This document shows, in pieces, positions 17,118 to 31,129 of a stretch of 64,000 nt of DNA. Position 1 is the first letter of the stretch; each line of letters starts with the position of its first letter. A model generated the notes under the pieces. The model had not been told where the DNA came from. It made no database searches and saw only the letters and a program-made list of their open reading frames with translations. This DNA is from Eledone cirrhosa (lineage: Eukaryota): assembly GCA_964016885.1 (NCBI GenBank), contig OZ024741.1, positions 203,608,001-203,672,000 of the forward strand, in the 5' to 3' direction. Both the position numbers and the translations under genes were made by a program.

Positions 17118-18470
17118 GATAGATAGATAGATATCTTTCTTTATTTGCCACAGGGGCGTACAAAAATGGGACATTACAAGACGTGACGGCGGGGGTTTTA
17201 CATAAAAATAACTTTAACATTAATAAATAACAATAAACTATATATAATAAAATAACAATTGAAATCCCCAGTAGGGGGGAACGTTACTGCAGGGTCGTTT
17301 TACACCCCGTGGATAGAACAACCCTGAACACCAGGAACACGTTTTGTAGGTGTTCCTGTCTTCCCTCTGTTTATCTTCCTCAACCTACAGGTTTATATAC
17401 AGAGAAGGTCCATTCACTCGGACCATTTCTGCCACATTCACCCACCTTTCAGCGAATTTACTGGGGTGTAGCACCTCTCTCTCCACTCTCACCTGCCTTC
17501 TGAAGTGATACTTAAAGAAGGGGATAAGTTGTTGTCCGGAGAGAAAGGTGTTTGCCCTCAGTCCTTTTAACCTCGTCCACCATATTACCTCTTTCGCCAT
17601 AGCCACCAGACAGAGGAAAACCGCCTCTCCTTCGTTCTTAAATGAAGGTGGCGGGGTGATCCTCACAATGGACTCGGCTGACAACTGGATGCGTCCCACA
17701 CGTGACAATAGCTGTTCGACATAATTCCACAGGTCGGTCACCCCTGGGCACTGAAAAATTGCGTGCAGAACGGTTTCGATGACCTGCTCGCATCTTGGAC
17801 AGGTCCTTTTGGCAGGATCTCTGCTAAGGCGTCCGTGCCTGTAGATTTTGTCTCGAACTGGTAGAGCTCCTCGGTAGCACTGCCAGGTCAGAGACCTCTG
17901 GAAGTTATCCATAGGCCCTGGACGGAAAGTCGTCCCGAACAGACTGGTCAGTTCGTCTTCCTCGATGCCTATAGTTTCCCCAAGAACGTCGTCGCACTTA
18001 TCCTCCACTAATCCTCTATAGAATGTCGAAGTGGAGTCTCCGCTGATTGCTGTTTCCGCTTGGTAGAGGGCTGTGAACGCCTGTAGGAACTCGAGGTGCC
18101 AGGTGCCCACTTTCGGTCTTCGCTTGATCCAGGACTGCAGCTCTGTTAGTGAGACGAATTGTGGAAGAGCTTGTCTCACAAACGACAGCCACACCGGTTC
18201 ACCGGTCACGAATACCTGGAGCTGGCGTAGCCTCAGCGCATGTTTGCGCATCATCAGTCACGGCATGCCCAGCCCTCCGTTAGAAGGGTGTTGACAGCAG
18301 ATGGATCTCCTCACCAATGGAGCCTGTTTCTTCCAGAGGAACTTGAAGAGTAGGCGTTCCATTTTGGTAAGGTATTCGTGGAGGCAAGGCACGACTGTCA
18401 AGCGGTAGTAGATGACGGACGCTATGTAAGTGTTCGCCACCTCCGCTCGACCTTTCAAGGAGAGTTTGCA
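17118..18470 (-). mobile_element. 5'-truncated L1/Tx1-clade LINE (ORF2 C-terminus, 3' UTR, (TATC)n end)
   Basis: ORFs 18258-18458 and 17385-18254 align with ORF2 at 33961-37380 (KGRAEVAN..CCQHP..WQCYRGALPVRDK..CPRC..H..C); one premature TGA; AATAAA then TATC repeats. Confidence 0.93.
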
Positions 18471-18761
18471 CTAGATCGATAGACAGGTATTTATTATTGG
18501 ATAAACGTTTAACCTTGTCAGTCATCGTATAATATCTGCCTTTTGGTGTATTTTGCGTGGCCAAAAATCCAAACGTTGCTGCAGTAGACATTTCAAATTT
18601 TTTTTTTGTGAATATTTCGAAAGGGATGCCACACAGCATTCAGAAAACTGCTCCAGCTTTCTAGCATTGCTTCTGAGAACCATAAATACGTCGCTAACAT
18701 AGGACTCGTTTATTTAAAGATAGCAACGCACGCCCTCTTCTATATATCTATTTATTTATAT

Positions 18762-18864
<103 letters not shown>

Positions 18865-19393
18865 CCCCTTCTTTATAATTATCTCCAAATTATTTTGTTG
18901 AGCAAAAATTGGCCAAAACTGCTACTATAGTTCATAGCATGGTTTGGCTGCTGTCTTCTTAACACACCACTCCTCACTGATTAACCTCGATGTCACGTGA
19001 TTGATTCTTATGAATTTGCCACCGACCGAGTAGGCAGTGATTTTTTCAATGTCTCGGAACTTAGTCCACGCTTTGCTTTTTTCCATCCACTGAATTATTT
19101 TTGTATAAGTTCCCTGTGTCCACGCATTGCCTGGAAACTTAGCTGAGAATAGACTTCCCTGATGACGAAAGGATTTCTCCATACGTTTCTTCAGAAACCA
19201 TGTTTATTCCCTTTCAGAAACTAATTAGTTGGAGTGAAATTTTAGTAAGTTAATTTTTATAATGTTCTTATTTTACGTCTTTCATATTATTGTTCTGCAT
19301 CCCCTTGCATTGAACCACAAAGTTACTAAAACCAATATATTTGCTAGCATAGGTATGCATCTGTATATATATATGTTAGTAGATATACTAATT

Positions 19394-19485
<92 letters not shown>

Positions 19486-19523
19486 ATATATATATATATA
19501 TATACACACACATAGATATATAT

Positions 19524-19801
19524 ACTAGACCTGAAAATGCGCAAGCTCAAAAGAGCCACAGAATGTTATAATATACCTTCAAAAGTGTGGGACTAGAGTT
19601 GTTGCTCAAAAATATTGTAATCATTATCTTTCGTACATTCTGTGGCATCCTTTTATAAAACAGAGACTCATAACGAACTCAAGACGACACGATAATTATT
19701 TAAGCTAATGTTCAATATCTCATATTAGATGTTTAGTAATGATTAATATGAAATGCACTTAAACCGAATTATTTTGAGCTTGCGCATTTTTCAGGTCTAG
19801 T
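19524..19801. mobile_element. MITE-like element with ~30-bp terminal inverted repeats
   Basis: ACTAGACCTGAAAATGCGCAAGCTCAAAA ... TTTTGAGCTTGCGCATTTTTCAGGTCTAGT; non-coding interior. Confidence 0.55.
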
Positions 19802-20759
19802 TTAATATTTTTTTTAAGGCAACGCTTGTAATAACTCTAGTTAAACATGATATATATTAATACTAAATTATCGTTGTAATGTAATTAGATTATATAATTG
19901 TTATTTTATAAATGACCTTATAAATATTATTGTAAGATGTATAAAAATATTTTCACACTTTTAATAGTTAATATAAATTTAAAAAATGATATATAAATTA
20001 ACAATATAACTTACCAAAACGAGAAAAATATTTTGATGATAAACGACGAAATACTGGAGGAAGATTCGAAAGCGAAAGGATAAATAAACGTGGAAACAAA
20101 GTGGCGGATGCTTTTGAGCAACAATTACTCTCGTTGGTTGATTAGCCAATAAGACGATGTTTAAAAGGCATCACCACGGCCAGCGATACACCTTGAATTT
20201 TTTATTCACAAGCTACGCATGTATGTCAATGTCAGACACGCAGACTTAAAACATTCTGTTGTTAGTCACTAACAGATATATAATAATATATATATTTATA
20301 TGTGTGTGTGTAGCAGAAATATCCGTGGTTAGGAAAAAGGAATAAGGACAACATTTTCTCGCTGAATTGTTAAAATAACAAGGAAAATACTTTAGTAGTC
20401 CAGAATGTACAACAATGGAACTAGGAGCTGCCCCTCTGCTTTAGTGTAAAATTTAGGATTTTACAGGGTTTGTCTTCTGCAAAAATACCTAAACTCTAAA
20501 AATAAGTTGTTTAAAGGTTGTTTGCATCTAAAAAGCCACTTACTTTCAACTTGAGAAAGCTCACAGAATGTCCAATCATCAGATCTACAACACCTAACAT
20601 CACATTATAATTCTGCTTGTTTCGGTCGTCACATACGTTACGCTTTCATAGGACACATACACATCTACACATAAATACATAAACAGATACAAAAAACAAT
20701 TGAAGTACACACAGACGATTTCTAGAACGCAACACTGTGTATGCATCTATGTAATGAAC

Positions 20760-21592
20760 GAGCAAGGAAGAGGCGGACAGATACTCTACTGAATTTCTGA
20801 ACTAGCTTACACCTTCTGGGATGCCGCCTCACAAACTCCAATTAAAAACAGGATTATTGATAATATCTATAGAATATTTCAATCCACAAGATTAGAAGTA
20901 CTGGGAATACATCGACATTTTATCGAAGCTTCTCATATCATTGGTCCTTTGATGGGCAGGCGTGTTTTGATCCCAAGACTGAAGTTAGGCCCCAGTGATC
21001 CCAACACCCTTTTTACTTTTGAAAGAACCCAATTGCCATTAAAACTGTCGTATGCTATGACAATCTACAAGAACCAGTGTCAAACATACAATAAAGTGGG
21101 TCTGTTCTTTCCTGAGCCAGTAATTAGCCATGGGCACTTGTATGTCGCTTTTTTAAGAGTTCTCAGACAGTCAGATGTAAAAATTAAAGTATTGAACACT
21201 GATAAGCAAGGAAGGCGAGGTAATAAAACTGTGACAAAGAACATTGTATGCAAATGCCTATTAAGATAATTCTGGGTCAATTGAAACTAATCAGATAAAT
21301 AAAAAGTTTGTGTATGTTCTCTATCGTTTTGTATTTGTATACAATGTAAAGTAATTATGATTATATATTGCGCATGGAGGAATATGCTATTCTATATTAA
21401 TCTTGGAGTTTCAATAGGAATAGGATTAAAAACTAAAGAATGATATGTGTATTAAGTATTGTAAAGATTGTTTTTGTATTGCACAAGCAACAATAAGATT
21501 TATATGCAATAGAAATGCAAATCATCCTTTTTTTTTTCTTAAATAGCTCCTCTTAATTATTTTGTCCGTGGAATTTCCACGGGTCCCACTAG
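20760..21592 (+). mobile_element. Helitron 3' fragment (degenerate Pif1-like helicase C-terminus and canonical terminus)
   Basis: EFLN*LTPSGMPPHKLQLK; VLIPR..FER.QLPLKLSYAMTI.K.Q.QT..V.SHG.LYVA..RV; hairpin CCGTGGAA/TTCCACGG (21566-21582) then CTAG|T at 21589-21593. Confidence 0.92.
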
Positions 21593-21674
21593 TGATATTA
21601 ATTCTTATCCTTTCTATATAACTATTACTGTCTTCCACACTTGTTTGGGTTACTTTATCGATAAGAGTAATTGT

Positions 21675-23625
21675 TACGCTTCGGGTTTAGGTTAAGGCTA
21701 TCGTGATGTTTGGCCAAGTGTTAGGGTTTAAGTTTACGGTAACCGTTAAAGTTTAGTGTTAGTGATGCCGTTACGATTAGTGTTAGGTTTACTGATAGGG
21801 TTAGGGTTATAGTTAGGGTAACGTTAAGTTTAGGGATAGGTTAAAAGTAGTTTGAAACAAAGGGTTAAGTTCAGGTTTATGCTGAAGATTAGGGTTGGAG
21901 TTGGGTTTAGATTTAATGTTAGAGTTAGGTTTAGCTTTAGGTTGAGGTTTAGGGTTACGATTAGGTTTTGGGTGAGAGTTTGGATTAGGTTTAAGGCTAG
22001 AATTTGGGGTTGCTTTATGGTTAGGTTTGGAGCTAATGTTATGGTATAGGTAAGGGCAAGGTTTTGCTTTAGTATTAGGGTTAGTGTTAGTGTTTGGTTT
22101 AGCGTTAGAGTTTTGTAAAGTCTAGGTTTACTGTTATAGTTAGGTATAGGATGAATGTTATGGTGAAGTTTAGGGTTAGGGTTAGCGTTAGGGCTAGGAA
22201 TAATGTTAGATTGCGTTGAAGACCAAGTTTAGGGATACGGTTATGGTTATAGTTATAGCTTGGGTTAGGGTTAGGATTAGAGTTTGTGTCAGTTTTATGG
22301 AATGGTTTAGGGTTAGGGTTAGAGATATTGTCATGGTTAGTGTTATTATAACTTAATATTAGGGTTAAGACCAGGATTAAGGTTAGGGTTAAGGTTATAG
22401 TAATTGTTATGATTATGTAAGTGTTATGTTTAGGGTTAGACTCTGGGTCAGGTATACTGTTTGTGTTACGGTTAGGTTAAGTTAAAGTTAAGTATTATGG
22501 CCATGGATTAGGAGTAGGTTGAGGGTTTTGGTGAGGGTTAAGTTTATATTTATGGTTAAATTACGTTTAGGTTTTCATTTACGTTAGGTTGAGGACTAGG
22601 GTTTGCATTAGGTTTAGGGTTATGTTAATTTTCCTGTTCGGATTAGTGTTAGCGTTACGGTTAGCGATAGGGTTAGGGTCAAGCTTAGCGTTGTTTTAGG
22701 GAAAGTAACAGGGTTAAATTTAGGGTTAGAGTTAGGGTTTGGGGTAGGGTTATGTTTAGTGTTAGTGTTAGAGTTAGAGCCTGGTTTAGGGTTAGTGTTA
22801 GCGACATGGTTAGATTTAGCTTTAATGTTGCAGATTAAGGTGAAGATCAGAAATAGAATCACGTGCAACTTAGATTTAGCGTTATGGTTAGGGTTAGGCT
22901 TAGACTTAGCGTTAGATTTAGTGTTATTTTTTTTTGGGGGGGGGTAGGGTGAGGTTGAGGGTTAGGGTGAGGTTTATGGTTAGGTTTAGGCATAAGCTTA
23001 GGGTTTGGCTTGGTGTTAGGTTTAGGTTTACGTTTAGGGTAATGGTTAGGATTAATGTTAGGATTCGTTTTATGGTTAGGGTTAGAGATAATGTCAGGGT
23101 AATTTTAGGACTAGGGCTAGTATTAGCATAAGTGTTAATTGTAGTGTTATTGTAAGGATTAGAATTAGTGTTAGGTTTAGTGTTTGGTTATGGTTAGGTT
23201 TAAATCTAGGGTTAGAGTTAGAGTTAGGGTTAGGGTAAGTGGTAAACATAAGGTCTAGTTTAGTGTGAGCGTTATGGTTATGGTTTGAGTTACGGCTAAT
23301 GTAAGGATTAATGTAAGAGCTAGGGTTAAGGTTAGTGTTGTAGTTAATGTTAGATTTAGGTTGAGGTTTAGTACTGTGGTTAGGGTTCGTGTTTAGTTTA
23401 GCGTTAGGGTTAGGGTTAGTTTTAGAGATAGGTTTGGGATTAAGGTTACGTTTAGTGTTAGCTTAAATGTTTGATTTAGGGTGAGTGGTTTATGATTAGT
23501 GTTAGCTTTAGTGTTATATTTAGAGTGAGAGGTTTATAATTAGTTTTAGGTTGAGGATTAGTTTTAATGTTCGTGTTGAGCTGGAGATTAGTGGGTTAGG
23601 GTTAGGTTTCGGGTTCTGTTTAAAG
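21675..23625 (+). repeat. Degenerate (TTAGGG)n telomere-like tract, ~2 kb
   Basis: 6-nt periodicity with TTAGGG, TTAGTG, TTATGG, TTAGAG, TTAAGG variants. Confidence 0.9.
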
Positions 23626-23639
23626 TTACAATGCATACC

Positions 23640-24670
23640 CATTCTTTTCTTAACCCTTTAAGAAGGAATATGACGTCACTTTCAGCTGATATCTGGAGTC
23701 TAAAAGACAACCACACCTAATATAAGTTACGCTGGGAGATCCTAGCTAAGGCTAGATCGTATAACGGAAATAAAAGACCATGTGGCCTCTACGCCAAAGA
23801 CCACATCTTAAACAAAAAATCTGAGGAAATTTCGACTTGTAAACATAAATTGCACAAAACTTTCCTGTATTACAGCCCCACATTATACCCTATACGAACT
23901 ATACGCGGATATTTTACGTCTTGATGTGGTAGCTAAGTATATCTTTTGTTTATACCATTACTTATTTGTATAGGTAAGTATATATTACCTGTATATTTAG
24001 TGAAGGTACGTTTACTTTCTCGTACGTATATTTTCTTGTATATGTTATGGCGTATATATTATATATACTGGTACATGTGCATATGGTTATGTGTATACGT
24101 GAGTTTTGCGTCTGTGTGAGTATGCGGGTTTGTACGTATGTAGGGTGTGTGTATATGTGTTTTGGTTGACGTACGCCTGCGAACATATGTGTATTTACAT
24201 GTAGGTATGTGTGTGCGCGCGTTATATACGTATTTATGCGTGTATATTTATAGACGTTTATTTAATTATATGTATACACGCACACACACACACATATATA
24301 TATATTTTTTTATATATATGTTTATGTGTATTTGGTGTGTACCTTCGTATGTGTGCGGGTACTGGTGTTGCGTGGGTTCTGTATGTGCGTGTTTTTTTTT
24401 GTGTACGTACTTGTATTTGCATACCCATCGCGAGTGTTTTCGGGTATGCTTGTGTATGTACGTATATGGATGCGTGTATATATATATTTAATTTCAATTA
24501 CCTCTGTATTTTATTTACTTTATTCCTAACTCTGTAGCCGAGAATCTTTCGGTTTCCTAAATAGAATTTTATTCTACGACTTCTGGTCACCATAGTTTCG
24601 CTTGGTGTCCTTGAAATATGTATAATGAAATAAATATGGTTTTATAAATATAGTTTCCATTTGTTAATAT
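23640..24670 (+). mobile_element. 5'-truncated Penelope-like (Naiad-type) fragment with 3' UTR
   Basis: TSLSADIWSLKDN..LRWEILAKARSYNGNKRPCGL..ILNKKSEEISTCKHK; terminus 24585-24670 matches the pLTR end at 55545-55640 and 58250-58350. Confidence 0.8.
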
Positions 24671-24974
24671 CGTATATATATATATATATAAGTTGTATAT
24701 ATGTGTATATATATATATGTGTGTGTGTGTATGTATATGTGTGTGTTTGTGTATAGTATTATGTGAATGGTAATACGTGTATAGATTGTATATATATATA
24801 CAACAATGTGTGTATGACTAAATATATGGCCATATGTATTTAAGTCTGCGCCTTTATACAATGATATATATACTCCAACAGACACAAACAAACATATATA
24901 TTATAACCTTTTATATTTATCATTATTAGTGTTGATTTTAATTTTTTAAATCACCATTATTGTTGTTTTTCTAT

Positions 24975-25004
24975 TTGTTATCATTATCATCATCATCATC
25001 ATCA

Positions 25005-25060
<56 letters not shown>

Positions 25061-25430
25061 TATGTGTATATGTATATTTATGTGTTTTTGATTTGTCTGA
25101 ATTTGCCTGGAATTGCCGTCAATTGCAGAAAATTCGTCGTTCATGTAAACGTAGCCCTATAGACAACATTATTCTGTCATAATCAGTCACGTGGCCGGCA
25201 GCTGTAAGGGACATCATCGGCAATCCATGTCAAATAAAGAACAACATCAGTAATAACAGCAGCACTATCAACATCAACACGAACAACAAGAACAGCAGCA
25301 GCAGCAGCAACATCTACACTAACGACAGCATCAGCAACAACAACAGCAATAACAACAACGGCAGCAACCTCAACATCAACAATGACTACAGCGGCAGCAG
25401 CAACAATATCAACAGCAAAGGCAGTGGAGA
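24975..25430. repeat. (ATC)n(ATT)n and cryptic (AAC/AGC)n repeats
   Basis: Direct reading. Confidence 0.8.
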
Positions 25431-28400
25431 CAAATCTCTGAACTTTATTGTTCCGTGATATCTGCTTAGCTCACAACAATAGCGATATACTGTACTGTTT
25501 TGTGAAGGCCCGTGGCTTAGTGGTTAGGGTGTTTGGCTCACGATTGTAAGATCGTGAGTTTGGTTCTAGACAGCACGTTTTATCCTTGAGCAAGATTCTT
25601 TAATTCATACTGCTTTATTTTACTAAGCTGAAAAAATGATTCATACTTGTAGTTTAAAGAATCCAGCCTCCTCACACACTGCTTAATGCTAAATCTCCCT
25701 GATAGCTACTTTAACGACACATGAGAATTACTGTCCGACTGGGAGATTCAGAAGATGATACGGAAGTTGTAATGAAGAAAAATAGTTGGCTATGCCTTAA
25801 AGAGAACTTAATTAAAATGACCTTGTTTGTATTTCAATTCATTTTTCTGAAAAGAAATATCCCAACATACACTTAAGCGGGAGAATATCTCGATAGCTGG
25901 ATGCAGTCCTTCCGATTGCCGCAGCCCATAATAAGGGTTTTTCTTCTCCATTCTAGTCTCAAACGCAATACATTAGGGCACGAGAGATACTCTTTCTTCC
26001 TATAACTAAGTCATCGTAACATGTTGAAAAACTGAAAACGAATACGCCTAACTATAATAGCGAGTGTATGGGTTTCGCAAGAATTTCATATAGATTTCAT
26101 ATGTATAATTTTAGCTTAAGATTTTATATCGGACCTCCGTAGGTTCCGACGACGAGTTTCAATTAATGTGATCAACAGAACAGACTGCTCGTGAAATTAA
26201 CGTGTAAGTGGCTGATCATTCCATTGAATCGAATACTCTTAACGTAGTTCACGGTTAGATCCCACGTGAGTCACGTCCATTCACTATGTTTTATAGGAGT
26301 AGGTAAAATTATACAGTATAACGTATAGGTCTGTATAAAATCTCCAATATTTATAGAGGTGATTGTTTCTTTACTGTTGGAGTAAATCTACACGGCTGTC
26401 GACGTCCGCCAGCTTGCAAAGTAGATACAGCCAGTGGGTATCTGTTTAAACAACATTGTTTATTTATTGATTTCTCAATCATGACAAGTTATAACAGATA
26501 TAAAACAATCAACAGAACTATAAACTCTTTAGTCATAAACTGATGGTTGTGACACACTTGGAAACGGCACACGTGGATCCAGCCTTGAGAATGAAATTCG
26601 ATCGTAAGAAATGTTAACTTATGCTGTCTAAGGCGTGCATTTGACCATGGCATTAGGTGATATGTGGCCGACGCAGAACTTACGGAACGGTATGCATTGT
26701 ATTCAAAACTGAAAATGAGGTGAGGGAGCAGCCCAAGCTGGTTTTAAAACAAATCTTCCCAGTGAGAGACATAGGAACAAAAAGAAAGTGAGAGAAAAAG
26801 AGAGTGTGTATGAGTGTATAGTGGAGGGGAAGTTTCGACTACAGTACTAGACTGGTACTTTATTTATCAACCACGAAAGAACAAAAGTCATGATTGACCT
26901 CGGTGCGATTTAAGCTCAGAGTGTAGAGTGTCAGAAAAAATATTGCAAATACTCTATCCACCGTTTTAACGAATCTACCAATTCACTGCCTCTAAAAACG
27001 TCCCGAACTGGAAGTAAGTTTTAATGAATCAGATAGATAGCCAACTGTTTTCCATTGTTGGTCGGAAGTAATTCATTTCGTTTATAAAGCAATTAGAAAC
27101 CTCGAAAGGTATGAACATCAATTTTTGTAATTTCTATCATAAAATATCTGTCCCTCAATGTTAATAATAAACTAACATTTTCCATAATATGACTTGACTG
27201 TTTTATTACACAGATCCATCGTCACAGAGTACATAATGTAGTTTATCAGAAATACAGTTACAGAAATGTCAAGTAATATGGCCAATTGTGAATATTTGTT
27301 GACATTTTGTAGAAAACATTTCAAACAGCTAATTAACGTTTAGAAATCTTTGAACTATAAAAACTATAATGAAATATGAAGTTTCTCTTTTCTTTAAAAA
27401 GCTCTCAATATATAAATGGATGAATGAAAATAAACGACTTTCAAGCGGGCCAATTATCACCGTTTCAAGTGTGAATAAGGTTGAAGAAAATAGCAGAGTG
27501 CTTCACTAAGAGTGCTAGCGTTCATATGACGGATAAATTTGGGAGTATATGTTGACGACTGTGGATAACAGAAGGCAAATAAACAGAAATATATAAATAT
27601 AATAATAATAGGAATAATGAAATAAATATATAAAATTACTAAAACGATTCATAATATAACATTTCTCATGCCGAATACTTACAGCGGCGTAGCACATGCA
27701 TCACATTAAAACGTGTGGGTGATGATGTGGTTTTTGGTCAGTCAATTTTGTAGATCAGTACAGGTAAATGTTAATCCCTGAGGAAACCAAGAACGATTTG
27801 TCGTAGTGTGGGATCAGGATGAGTATGCAAGTCTTTATGACCTTCAACGAGTATAGAGTCCCGTCGTGGACGCAGGAGCGAACGCCGCTATCCTAGTAGT
27901 GCAAGGACAGAAAACCTAATTGTTACTCGTGTAGTAGTAAAGCCAACTTGAAGAAGCGCATGCCCTTCACATAGCCCAGCTACATCAACCAATAGACTGA
28001 TTCAAGGGTTTTCAATAACAGTCTATTTTTCAACATTCTGTCCACAATTCTTCGCACCCATTACTTTCTTAATTCCGCTCTTCCCCCACATCAGATTCTC
28101 GTTGGATGTTCTTACTATAGGAAATTTCACGGTTTTCGACGGTGTAAGATTCATTGATCTTGGTTTCTTCCATAGGAAAAGTCGCGAAGAGACACAAGCA
28201 ACCTTTCAGTTCACTTTCCCTTGATTCAGCAGGAAATCTAGAATATTACAGTTGGAAGGAAAGAGAGCTACGCTAAAACTGAAATGGTATTTTGTTTATC
28301 GACCCTGAAAGGAGGAAATACCAAGTAGACCTCGGTGGTATTTGAAATCAGAACGCAGAAACTTGGAACATATATCCAAAGCTCTAACCACCAAGTGCAC

Positions 28401-28609
28401 AATCTTCTGCATTTACTTAATACTCGTCACTAGTACTCCGGGTACGTTGAAAGGTATACATCTCCCAGGAGTTTAGAAAATGACCAAAAGATCCTTGATC
28501 ATCCTTTTGATTGAAAAATGAAAACAAAATTAATGTTAGTCATCAGCTAATATATATTTCTTACTAATGCTTCATGCATCCAACACTAACTTACCTACGG
28601 TATTGATTT

Positions 28610-29435
28610 ATCTGCCCATTTACAGTCATCGATTCGCTAATGACATTGACCTGTTAGGAAACAGTGAAGTAGAATTCCAGGGGATCACTATTAGACTAGA
28701 AAAAGTATCAGGAGATCAGCTCAGAAAAGAGCAAGATTCTGGTTAATAGTAATAATTAGAATATAGCAACCAACATCATACTGGACGGAGGAAGACTTGA
28801 AGAAGTGGACACCTTCAAGTACGTAGGATTCCCTCTGATCAGAGATGGAAGATCTCAAAAGGAGATACTGACAAGACTCGCCCTGGCCACTGCTGCCATG
28901 GTAAAGTTGAATGTCATATGGCAAAGCAACTCCATCAATTTTCCAACGAAGCTCAAACTATACAAGTCCTTGGTGACTTCTATCCTTTTGTATGGGTGTG
29001 AGAGTTGGACTCTCCCAGCTGACATGGAACGAAGGATCCAGTCTTTTGAGCACAAGTGCTTCAGAAGGTTGATCCACATCCCGTACACGAAACACAAAAC
29101 AAACAGCTTTGTCAGACAAGTTAACAAATATGCTGGCAGACAGGAACCATTCCTTGCGATGGTGAAAAGACGGAAGCTTGCCTGGTATGGTCATGTATCT
29201 GTCACAGCTACTTGTCCAAAGCCAACCTTCAGGGTATAGTCAAGGGGTGGCGAAGACGAAGCAGACAAAGAAAATCCTGGTCCGACTACATAAAAAACTA
29301 GACTGGTGATAACACTGAGACCTTTCTACGCATGACGGGGAATAGAGACCAATAGCGATGACTGACTCCAAAAGTGTATAGTGTGGCACCCCAACGACAG
29401 GCTGCACCAGTTGTGAAAACATGATGATGATGATG
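28610..29435 (+). mobile_element. Degenerate RTE-clade LINE 3' fragment
   Basis: RFANDIDLLG (degenerate FADD), LEEVDTFKYVG, KLKLYKSLVTSILLYGCESWTL, RRKLAWYGHV; (GAT)n tail at ~29421. Confidence 0.9.
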
Positions 29436-29577
29436 GTGGTTGTAAGACATTTTGTAAGCCCAAACGAAAATTTATTGAAATATAGTTAAGTTAAACAAAA
29501 TGGATAAATAAAATAAAAATAAACACCCCCTCCCCCTTTCTCTCTCTTTTCCCCTTTTCTCTGTCTATTTTGCTCCA

Positions 29578-29770
29578 AATAATTGTTTCTACTATTGGCA
29601 CAAGGCCAGAAAATTACCCAGTACATTACTGGTACTTTATTTTATCGACCCCGTAAGGATGAAAGGCAAAGTTAACCTCGGCGGGATTTGAACTCAGAAT
29701 GGCAAGGGCCGTAACTCTATGCGTCAAAGCATGGCGTCCGAACCTCTACCGATACTGCCAATCCACCGCC
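29578..29770 (-). mobile_element. Full-length tRNA-derived SINE (family A)
   Basis: A box TGGCAGTATCGG, B box GTTCAAATC, conserved body, AAACAATTATT tail. Confidence 0.9.
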
Positions 29771-30904
29771 ATATTTTGCTCCAAATAATATTCAATAAAC
29801 AACTCTTAAAAGGTGGTGATAATCAAAAGATTACGACAGTCAGGTTATGCGATCGATTCCCGGAGGCTCTTGTGTATTTGAGGAAGACATTTTATTTTAC
29901 GTTGATCCATTCCACTCGACTGGCAAAAATGAGGTACAACTGTAATTCAAAGAGCCACCTTTGTCACACAGTTTGTCATGCCGAATCTCCCTGAAGACTA
30001 CGTTAAAAACTATACATGTTCAGCTTCTTACGCCTTGATTTCACGAGTAGGCTGCTCCGTTGATTGAACATTGGTCGTCGAAACCGACGTGGGTCCAACA
30101 CACACGCACACAACTAATACACTGTTTTTTTTTTTTGCTGTTTTTTTCAATAGTTACACAGAATTAATTGACCGCCTGTCTCTTCGGTTACGGGGTTTGA
30201 CAAAGAACACGATCAGCTCATGGGACTGGAAAGTGTCAATTTTAAAATCCATGGAAGGTCACGTTCAGTACACGTTTGGTAACATGAAATTTTTACTTTC
30301 AATGTGTTCTTTTACGATCGGCAACACTGGTCACCCTTTTGAGGTTAGCGAAAATAAAAGTTACAAAGAAACATTATTTTGATGGCGTTGATATAACACG
30401 AAGCGGTGACATCTCAGCAATTGTGTGTTCTTCAGTCGTAGTCTGAAGTATTTTGCCTGGCACGGAAAGCTAATACTGGTACAAATAATCTATATTTATG
30501 GTTACAAATCTAAAGGGACCACTTAATATTTTGAAGATAATCATTTGGATGAATATACGTTCGTTGATTCTTGTTTCGTTGTTATCATTCCACAGATATC
30601 TAGAAAGTTAAAAAAATAACCCAACAAACTCAAAACAAAAAAACTCAACAAAAGAAAACGGATTCCGTGTTTTATTCTCAATATTTATTATGTCATTTGG
30701 ATAACAGTAGAACTCTGATTGTGAAAGTGAAGGAAATATTTCAGTGAGTATAAATTAGATTTATCAAAAATGTTATATCATCATGCATTCACACAGACTA
30801 TAGTAGCTCCAAGATAGACCAATTTTACATGATATTCATTGTACACCAAAATAATTTGTATATATATACATATATAGTTATATAATAAACAACACAATAT
30901 AATT

Positions 30905-30976
30905 ATTCCATTACCTAAGGTTTCATGAAAATAGACGATCGTAACAGAAACGTCTAGTACGCTCATCAGATGAAAT
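30905..30976 (-). ncRNA. Type I hammerhead ribozyme
   Basis: ATTTCAT-CTGATGA..TAGACG..CGTCTA..GAAA-CCTTAGG-TA-ATGGAAT; 7-bp stem I, GUA triplet. Confidence 0.75.
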
Positions 30977-31027
30977 ATTTATGTCTCTTCTTTCCTTTAC
31001 CTTTTCTACGGAAATATATAACGCAAA

Positions 31028-31129
<102 letters not shown>

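Noticed and set aside
21852-23131. R/V/G/L-rich ORFs
   Set aside because: Translations of the degenerate TTAGGG tract
29740-29770. tRNA-like A/B boxes
   Set aside because: Belong to multi-copy SINE heads; no full cloverleaf
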